A stretch of DNA of 64,000 bases from an uncultured Actinomycetota bacterium (lineage in GTDB: Bacteria > Actinomycetota > Actinomycetes > Actinomycetales > Angustibacteraceae). Location of the stretch: the NCBI GenBank assembly GCA_963816695.1, contig CAWFLV010000002.1, positions 31,667 to 95,666 on the forward strand, in the 5' to 3' direction. This document shows positions 58,150 to 64,000 of this stretch, in pieces (the first letter of the stretch is position 1; every line of letters begins with the position of its first letter). The translations under genes and the position numbers were made by a program. The notes beneath the pieces were generated by a model, which saw only the letters and a list, made by a program, of their open reading frames with translations, searched no databases and was not told the origin of the DNA.

Positions 58150-60423
58150 CTAGGCCTCGTCGGCACCGGGGGAGGTGCGATCGCCGGCCCGCAGGTGCGG
58201 CCCGGGCCAGCCGCTCGCACCGCCGACGAGCGTGAGCAGGGCCGGCACCATGAAGGACCGCACGACCACGACGTCGATCGTGATCCCGATCGCCATGGCG
58301 AAGGCCAGCTCGCGGAACGGCGCCAACGGGATCACCGCGAGCATGCCGAAGCTGATGGCCAGCGTGAGTCCCGCGGCGACGATGGCGCGGGTCGACTCCG
58401 GGACGGCCTTCATGATCGCGGAGCGCAGCGGCCGCCGCCCGGCCTCCTCCCACACGTGTCCCACGCCGAAGATGTTGTAGTCCGAACCCAGCGCCACGAG
58501 CAGGACCGCCGCCGCGAACGGGACGTAGAAGGTGAGGCCGTCGTGGGCGGCCAGTCCTTGGAACACCGCCACCGTCAGGCCCAGGGACGCGGTGAGCGCC
58601 AGGACGCTGGAGGCGAGCAGGTACAACGGCGCCACGAGGGCGCGCAGGAAGATCACTAGCAGCAGCAGGTTCACGATGATCGCCGCGATCGCGATGCGAA
58701 CCAGGTCGCGTCCGGTCGACCCCACCAAGGCCTGCCCCAGCGCCGTGTCGCCCACGATGCTGATCCGAACGTCCGCCAGGCCGCTGCTGTCGGCCAGCCC
58801 AGGCAGTCGTTGCCGCAAGGTCGACAGGTCGTCGATCGCCGCGGCGCCCAACGGGTCATGGTCGAAGATCACCAGCATCCGGGCGGCGTCGCCCGACCTG
58901 GCCAGGACGACTCCCAGCTCCTGCTGGCTGAAGTTCTGGGCCGGACCCAGGACGAAGGAGACGCCGGGCTGTCGCTCGACGGCCTGCTGCAACGCGCTGA
59001 GGGCGTCGAGCCGACCGGTCACGCCGTCGCCCTCGAGGAGCAGGGTCGTCGGCGAGTTGATGCCGGCCGCGAAACCCGCGGAGCTGGCGGCGCTGGCCAG
59101 GCTCACGGGGTTGTTCGCCGGAAGCGAGGTGGTGAACCCCACGCCGAGATCGATGTGGCGCAGGGGAAGGGAGGCGAGCGTCAGGGTCACCAAGCAGCCG
59201 GCCAGGACGCCACCGGCGACGCGCTTGCGGGTCAGCAGTCTCATCAGGTGCACGTGACGGACCTGGACCCGGGTCCGCCGGACCGCCAGCAGTCCCTCGA
59301 TGCGATACACGAGCGAAGGGGTCGGCGGGCTCGGCCAGAAGACCAGCGTGCCGAGGATCGCGATCAGAGCCGGCACCAGCGTCACCGAGACGGCGAGACC
59401 GATCAGCACGGCGAGGGCCATCGCCGGGCCGAAGCCCTTGAAGAACTCCGAGCTGGCGGCCAGCAGCGCCGCGGTCCCACCAGCGACCGTGAGCCCGGCC
59501 GCCACCACGATCGGCGTGTACGAGGACACCGCTCGGACGACGTCCTCGCGCTCGGGATGGCCGCTGCGTGCTCTGAGTGCGGACAGGTAGAAGATGGTGT
59601 AGTCGGTCACTACGCCGAGGAGCAGCGCCACGAGCAGCGGCTCGAGCTCGGCGGGCGCGGCGATCCCCACGAGATGACTCAGCAGCTTCGACACGTGCAC
59701 CGTCACCAGGAAGGCGACGCCGGCGGCCCCCAGCGCGAGGCTCGGTGCCACCAACGATCGGAAGTTCAGCCCGACCAGCAGCAAGATGGCCAGGACGGTG
59801 AGCAGCTCCAGCCGCGGTAGCTGCTGGGCGACCAGTCGGGCCTGCTCAGCGCGGGCGGGGATCGATCCGGCGACACCGACCACGTGGTCCTGCGGCCGGT
59901 CGAGGTGCTCGGTGATGTAGTCCCGGGCGGCGCGCTGCTGGCTGGCGAAGCTGCTGCGTGGGTCCATGAACAGGTACGTGAGGACGGTGGTGTTGGTCTC
60001 GCCCGACGCGCCCCCCAACGGGAGCGTGTTGGTCAGCGGAAGGGCGCCCAGCAGCGGTGGCCGTTGGGGTGACTGGTCGACGGCAACGGCGTCGAGCACC
60101 GACTCCGCCTGGGTGAACGGGTCGAGGCCGGACGGGTCCCGCTGCACGACGACCGTGCGGCTGGACAGCGGGAACCCGAACTCCTGCAACGATCTGAGCT
60201 CGGCGCGGATGGCGGGGCTGTCCGACGGGATCAGGCTGGCCAGCCCGCCGCCGTCCGAGCTGACGGTGCTCGAGAGCGACATCAGCACGACCACGGCGCC
60301 GGCCCACGCAGCCACGACGAACCAGCGAACCCGCACCACCCACTGGGCGTAGCGGTACGACCTCGCCCCGGACGACGCGTAGGCGACCTGGGGTCGCGCT
60401 GCGCGGCGTCCGGGCGGCGTCAC
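58150..60423 (-). CDS. MMPL-family (RND superfamily) transporter
   Basis: About 757 aa with two blocks of 6 TM helices and two large loops. GVVTDYTIFYLS and ALGSDYNIFGV are MMPL signatures. The likely start is GTG 60423, overlapping the upstream stop (GTGA). The ORF-track frame extends to 60690. Confidence 0.88.
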   Translation of the reverse strand: MTPPGRRAARPQVAYASSGARSYRYAQWVVRVRWFVVAAWAGAVVVLMSLSSTVSSDGGGLASLIPSDSPAIRAELRSLQEFGFPLSSRTVVVQRDPSGLDPFTQAESVLDAVAVDQSPQRPPLLGALPLTNTLPLGGASGETNTTVLTYLFMDPRSSFASQQRAARDYITEHLDRPQDHVVGVAGSIPARAEQARLVAQQLPRLELLTVLAILLLVGLNFRSLVAPSLALGAAGVAFLVTVHVSKLLSHLVGIAAPAELEPLLVALLLGVVTDYTIFYLSALRARSGHPEREDVVRAVSSYTPIVVAAGLTVAGGTAALLAASSEFFKGFGPAMALAVLIGLAVSVTLVPALIAILGTLVFWPSPPTPSLVYRIEGLLAVRRTRVQVRHVHLMRLLTRKRVAGGVLAGCLVTLTLASLPLRHIDLGVGFTTSLPANNPVSLASAASSAGFAAGINSPTTLLLEGDGVTGRLDALSALQQAVERQPGVSFVLGPAQNFSQQELGVVLARSGDAARMLVIFDHDPLGAAAIDDLSTLRQRLPGLADSSGLADVRISIVGDTALGQALVGSTGRDLVRIAIAAIIVNLLLLVIFLRALVAPLYLLASSVLALTASLGLTVAVFQGLAAHDGLTFYVPFAAAVLLVALGSDYNIFGVGHVWEEAGRRPLRSAIMKAVPESTRAIVAAGLTLAISFGMLAVIPLAPFRELAFAMAIGITIDVVVVRSFMVPALLTLVGGASGWPGPHLRAGDRTSPGADEA

Positions 60424-61034
60424 GTCGTCCCGTGGTCGGACCACCGCAGCCCGAGACGGTGCAGCTCGGCCGTCGCGAGTCGCTCGTGCTGATCGTCCGC
60501 GACCCCACCGCCCGGCTCGAGGCGGACCTCCACCAGCTCTCGGAACCTGAGATTGACCAAGGCTCGCTCCATCAAGAACCGTTGCAGCGCAGGGCTGTTG
60601 GGGTCGGCAGCCAAGGCGCGCCGGACGTCGCGGACGTCGTTGCGCCGTGAGATGCGCAGCGGGATGTACCCCAGCAGCACGGGCGCGCACGGGCCGAGCC
60701 CCACGGCCAGCCCGATCAGGATGCTGAGGCGCTGCACGCTCGCACGGGCATCGCCACCACTCGCGATGATGCCGTCAGCCGTCGCGCTGACCTGCTGGCC
60801 CAGCTCGCCGGTCCGGTCCCCGATCACCGGCACGGAGCTGACCGACCTCAGCGCCGCGCCTGCGGTCTGCAGCGCCCGGCCGGACTGCACGGTGCTGTCG
60901 GTCAGACCGGTGAGCTGATGGATCTGGACACCGGTCCACGTCCCGACAAGGATCCACAGGACGCACCAGAACAGGATCACGCCGTCCCAAGCTCGAACGG
61001 TTGCCGCGTCTGCCCCTCGCCCGATCCACCGCAT
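60420..61034 (-). CDS. hypothetical 2-TM membrane protein translationally coupled to the MMPL gene
   Basis: 204 aa. TM helices are at GVILFWCVLWILVGTW and LSILIGLAVGLGPCAPVLLGYI, followed by a charged cytoplasmic tail. I recognise no family. Confidence 0.6.
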   Translation of the reverse strand: MRWIGRGADAATVRAWDGVILFWCVLWILVGTWTGVQIHQLTGLTDSTVQSGRALQTAGAALRSVSSVPVIGDRTGELGQQVSATADGIIASGGDARASVQRLSILIGLAVGLGPCAPVLLGYIPLRISRRNDVRDVRRALAADPNSPALQRFLMERALVNLRFRELVEVRLEPGGGVADDQHERLATAELHRLGLRWSDHGTT

Positions 61035-61129
61035 GTGCCTGTGTACCCCATCCCGACCCTCGCGGCCACCGGCGGCGGGGCTGCGTTGCCGGCTCGGGCG
61101 CAGTACGGTGAGGTTGAGGGGAGGCAGTC

Positions 61130-61609
61130 ATGCCTGATCAGCCCGGGGACGACGAAGGCCAGGACCTGCCCACGACGCGCGACGTCGACCCTCCAGGCCC
61201 GGGTGCCGGGCGGCGCGTGGTTGCCATGGGGGGCCGATGGTTCTGGCTGGTCCCCGCCGCAACCTTCCTGGCTGGCGTCCTGCTGACCTGGCTGGTGCTG
61301 GGTGCGGGGGACGCGGACTCGGCGAACAACGCAGCGGGCCCGTCCCCGACCTCGACATCCGCCGGGCCTGCCACGTCCACGCCCGGCGCTGGCGGAGTGA
61401 CCGTCACAGTGCCCGGGTCGTGCCTGGATGTGGCCGACAGCTCGCAGAAGGTGCTGGCGCTCGTGCGCCAGGCCGTCCAAGCGGCGCGCGACCTGGATGC
61501 CTCGGCTCTCAGCGGCATCGTGCGTGACCTGCAGGCGGCGCAGAGCGACCTGCAGCAGCAGTCCACCGCGTGCCAGTCGTCTGCATCGATCTACTCGGCC
61601 ACCTCCTGA
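61130..61609 (+). CDS. hypothetical single-pass membrane protein
   Basis: 159 aa. The SD GAGGGGAGG precedes the ATG. It has one TM helix (WFWLVPAATFLAGVLLTWLVLG), an S/T/P linker, and a helical C-terminal domain with two Cys. Confidence 0.6.
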   Translation: MPDQPGDDEGQDLPTTRDVDPPGPGAGRRVVAMGGRWFWLVPAATFLAGVLLTWLVLGAGDADSANNAAGPSPTSTSAGPATSTPGAGGVTVTVPGSCLDVADSSQKVLALVRQAVQAARDLDASALSGIVRDLQAAQSDLQQQSTACQSSASIYSATS

Positions 61610-61648
61610 CCCGGCTTCCCACGCCCTGCCCGTCCCACGCCCTGCCGG

Positions 61649-62083
61649 TCAAGAGTCGGCGTGCACGACGGCCGCGTAGGACCCGATCCCGATCAGGCGC
61701 TCGCCAGGCACATCGCCGTTCGCGAGCAGCAACGCGGTGAGCCGCCCCGTCTCAGGGTCGAACTCCACGTCCGTCACAAGCCCGAGGTCCTCGCCATCGG
61801 TGTTGAGAAGACGCTTGCCCACCAGGCGTTGGTACTTGCCCGCCAAGGCGGCAACTGCGCCGTTGGCGTCGAGAATCACCTCTGTGCCAGGAACGGTCAC
61901 CGCGTCCACACCGAAGGCGCTCACGTCGGCCCACAGCACCGTGTCGCCGTGCTGGGTCTTCTTCAGCGTGACTGCGACGACGCTGTGCGACCGGGGGTCA
62001 ACCACGAACTCCGCGACCTGGCCCACGGTCTCCGCGCTGCTGCTGCTCACGACCTCACGCCCAGACGCTTCGGAGAACCTCAT
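61649..62083 (-). CDS. PRC-barrel domain protein (two repeats)
   Basis: 144 aa. LVGKRLLNTDGEDLGLVTDVEFDPETGRLTALLL is a typical PRC-barrel motif. The ATG overlaps the upstream stop (ATGA). Confidence 0.75.
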   Translation of the reverse strand: MRFSEASGREVVSSSSAETVGQVAEFVVDPRSHSVVAVTLKKTQHGDTVLWADVSAFGVDAVTVPGTEVILDANGAVAALAGKYQRLVGKRLLNTDGEDLGLVTDVEFDPETGRLTALLLANGDVPGERLIGIGSYAAVVHADS

Positions 62084-62673
62084 TCGCGCTCCCGGTGCAG
62101 TTGGTGACGAAACGCCCGCACTGCGGCGCCGAACCCCGCCAGGTCGAGGGCGACGAAGTCCTTTGCGGCCGCCGGTACCAGGAGGTGATCCCCCGACGCG
62201 GCGAGGGTGTCAGGCAGGGGGATGAACACCTTGGTCCCCTTCGTCCCGAGTGCCTCTGAGGCCTCCACCTCATAGCCCACCACATCGCACTGACCAGCGC
62301 CGCGCTCCGCGACTTCCAAGACGACGTCGACCACCGTGCCCAGCTCGGTCCCCGTGTCGGTGAGCACCTGTGAGCCCAGCACGTTGCCCCCCGAGCCACC
62401 CGTGCCGGCCGAGGGGTCCAGCACGCTCGCGACCGGCTCAAGCACGTCCTCGTCGCGGATCATCACCGCATCCGGGCCGAGTGCCATCACCGACGACCAG
62501 GCCAGCGCCCGCTTCAGCGGCCCGGACATCAGGCCCCGGCCGGCGAGGGTGAACCCGCCCACCGCGCCGCCGGCCGCCGAGTAGACGATGTCCTTGACCT
62601 GGGCGACATCCTCCCCGCCCATCGTCACCACTGGACGCTTCATCAGCTCTGAGGTGCGCATCAGCCGACTCAT
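62080..62673 (-). CDS. PRC-barrel domain protein (two repeats)
   Basis: ATG 62673 is preceded by GGAGGACGTAGTG. LMKRPVVTMGGEDVAQVKDIVY and VLGSQVLTDTGTELGTVVDVVLE are present. The ORF-track frame extends to 63393, which I consider spurious. Confidence 0.75.
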   Translation of the reverse strand: MSRLMRTSELMKRPVVTMGGEDVAQVKDIVYSAAGGAVGGFTLAGRGLMSGPLKRALAWSSVMALGPDAVMIRDEDVLEPVASVLDPSAGTGGSGGNVLGSQVLTDTGTELGTVVDVVLEVAERGAGQCDVVGYEVEASEALGTKGTKVFIPLPDTLAASGDHLLVPAAAKDFVALDLAGFGAAVRAFRHQLHRERE

Positions 62674-62675
62674 CA

Positions 62676-62822
62676 CTACGTCCTCCGGCGGCGAGTGCGC
62701 GGCGACTGCGCCGGGTCGATGATGACCCCGCCCCGGCGTCGGCGGGCCTGAATCCACAGCAAGGCCGCTAGGAGCACCAGGACCACCACGGCGATCACGA
62801 TGAACCACACCCACCAGCTCAT
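62676..62822 (-). CDS. 48-aa single-TM micro-protein (MSWWVWFIVIAVVVLVLLAALLWIQARRRRGG...)
   Basis: ATG 62822 falls within track ORF 62676..62861. It has one TM helix and an Arg-rich tail. The stop lies 2 nt before the next gene's ATG, so it is likely the first gene of a three-gene operon. Confidence 0.5.
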   Translation of the reverse strand: MSWWVWFIVIAVVVLVLLAALLWIQARRRRGGVIIDPAQSPRTRRRRT

Positions 62823-63158
62823 GACACCACCCCTGGGACTCTGAGCGGCCCGAGGCGCCACGCGCGGTGTTCGTGGTCAACAAGGTCAGCCGTGGCCCCT
62901 TGTGGTCCCAGACTAGCCCTCTCACCCAACCGGCGAAGCGATTCTGGTGGCACCGAGGGAGCGGCGAGGCGACGTGACAGCCGGGACGATGGCGCGGGTT
63001 CCAGCACGGGGGACGCTTCCATCGGGGGATCCACTCGCGCGAGCGCACGGCGCGCCGGTGCGGCCCGGTGATGAAGGCCATCGACGCGGTTCCCCTGCGA
63101 TACCTGCGTACGGTGGCGTCATCGGTGTCCACGAAAGACGACGGGCGGGAGACAAGCC

Positions 63159-63518
63159 ATGAACGACTCCGATGATCGCGCCACGGTGGAGGCGTGCCTG
63201 CGGCTGGGCAGCGGCGTCGCTGCTTCGGAGCGGGACCGCGTGCTGGACCGGTTCGCCGCCCTTGACGCACGGCTGCGTTCCTACCGCGCTGGAGAGGTCG
63301 AGCTCGAGCTGAGCGTGAAGGAGCGGGACGGAGCCGATCAGAAGACCACCTTGGAGGGGTGGATCGCCGGCACCGAGCGGGTGGTGGCGACATCGAGCCG
63401 GATTCCCTTCGACCAGGCGCTCACCGAAGTACGCGACGACCTGATCCGCCAGCTCTCCGACGCCAAGAACCGCACCGAACCGCGACAGAATCGACAGCGA
63501 CGCGACACCAGCCCCTAG
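63159..63518 (+). CDS. HPF/RaiA-like ribosome-associated protein (short form)
   Basis: 119 aa. RVLDRFAALDARLRSY..VELELSVKER...TTLEGWIAGTERVVATSS..FDQALTEVRDDLIRQLSDAKNR aligns by eye with the beta-alpha-beta-beta-beta-alpha pattern of HPF/YfiA. Confidence 0.55.
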   Translation: MNDSDDRATVEACLRLGSGVAASERDRVLDRFAALDARLRSYRAGEVELELSVKERDGADQKTTLEGWIAGTERVVATSSRIPFDQALTEVRDDLIRQLSDAKNRTEPRQNRQRRDTSP

Positions 63519-63594
63519 ATGGCGCTCCGCCAGGTGTCGCTCGCCACGGGAGCATCATCGCGCGGACCAGTCGTTCACTCACCTGCCACCGACG

Positions 63595-63627
63595 AGGCCC
63601 CGGCCGGCGTGACGCCGACCGGGGCCT
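63595..63627. terminator. hairpin AGGCCCCGGCCGGCG-TGA-CGCCGACCGGGGCCT between convergent genes
   Basis: 15-nt arms with a single mismatch or bulge, located between the HPF-like stop (63518) and the stop of the minus-strand gene at 63652. Confidence 0.65.
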
Positions 63628-63651
63628 GTCGGCTGCCTCGTGCGCGGGGGC

Positions 63652-64000
63652 TCAGGCGCTCGCCGGCGCGCCCGCGACCTGCGCATACGGCTGCTCGGCC
63701 GCGATGGCGCGCCCGAGCAGCCCGAAGGCGAACATGATCGGCAGGACGGCGCTGCCCATCGACGTCACCTGCAGCAGCCCCACGGCGAGCGGGATGGTCA
63801 ACGCGAGCAGCCACCCGGCCCACCGCGAGACCCCGCCCCGCCGCAGCAGCGCGATGCCGAGCAGCGTCGAGCCGATCTGCGAGCCGGCGAGTCCGAGCAC
63901 CGTGATCGCGAACATCGGGCCGGCGACGGCGTCGGGTAGGTACGAGGTCCACTGCGTGTAGTAGTCGAGGAACACCCCGAAGCTCATGAGGACGTAGCCG
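63652..64000 (-). CDS. hypothetical polytopic membrane protein, C-terminal part (5-prime end outside window)
   Basis: The frame stays open through nt 64000 (…GYVLMSFGVFLDYY…). It has several hydrophobic helices and belongs to no family I recognise. Confidence 0.55.
   Translation of the reverse strand, partial: GYVLMSFGVFLDYYTQWTSYLPDAVAGPMFAITVLGLAGSQIGSTLLGIALLRRGGVSRWAGWLLALTIPLAVGLLQVTSMGSAVLPIMFAFGLLGRAIAAEQPYAQVAGAPASA

Noticed and set aside
62823-63158. Riboswitch or known small RNA in the 336-bp divergent region upstream of the HPF-like gene
   Set aside because: I recognised no conserved riboswitch core (TPP, SAM, cobalamin, ydaO, 6C-like C-rich loops) by eye. I leave it as an unexplained long leader inside the PRC-barrel/HPF finding rather than calling an RNA gene.
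62080-63393. 437-aa version of the PRC-barrel ORF extending to 63393
   Set aside because: The upstream 240 codons are Arg/Pro-rich and cross the micro-ORF and the divergent promoter region. A textbook SD (GGAGGA) precedes the internal ATG at 62673, where PRC-barrel homology begins.
56919-64000. Calling an integrated mobile element or prophage next to tRNA-Tyr
   Set aside because: The flank contains no integrase, excisionase, transposase, or phage or conjugation genes. There is only an 11-nt repeat of the tRNA end. I report it as a low-interest hypothesis, not as a mobile_element feature.

Overview
Very GC-rich actinobacterial chromosome segment, Micrococcales/Cellulomonas-like by gene content. 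Third codon positions are almost always G/C, so long arginine/proline-rich shadow ORFs cover both strands. The first 36 kb is a respiratory supercluster. It holds cytochrome c maturation genes (ccdA end, resB, ccsB), a scattered menaquinone pathway (menA, menE, menB, menC, menD, menF, menG/ubiE), a complete translationally coupled 14-gene nuoA-N operon, and a polyprenyl diphosphate synthase 7 bp after nuoN. Several non-men genes interrupt the men genes: a GGDEF-EAL protein, Lrp, an ABM-like protein, a CMD-family protein, a fused STAS/RsbW-like kinase, and an AbiEi/AbiEii toxin-antitoxin pair that looks lower in GC, next to a LuxR-HTH relic. The second half carries korAB-rarD, a MEDS/anti-sigma kinase, isochorismatase-YafY(WYL)-YcaQ, htpX, a lactate-monooxygenase-like flavoenzyme, yajQ and tRNA-Tyr. 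After the tRNA comes a flank that looks lower in GC: PAP2, MMPL plus a coupled membrane partner, two PRC-barrel genes with a micro-membrane ORF, and an HPF/RaiA-like protein. The most unusual content is a second complex-I-like gene set, nuoA followed by nuoB-C-H-I-J-K-L-M-N, with no nuoD/E/F/G. Its gene junctions leave no room for the missing genes. The nuoB-N block is bracketed exactly by an inverted pair of a 67-bp composite repeat, with a third copy after htpX. A second repeat family (two 42-bp hairpin units) occurs as an inverted pair at 3.1 kb and 35.9 kb, bracketing the men-nuo region. Other points: an apparent 1-nt frameshift in menE just before its catalytic-lysine motif, a 47-codon ORF with a strong SD that is missing from the ORF track, and a truncated LysR. 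No rRNA, CRISPR, transposase or integrase was seen.
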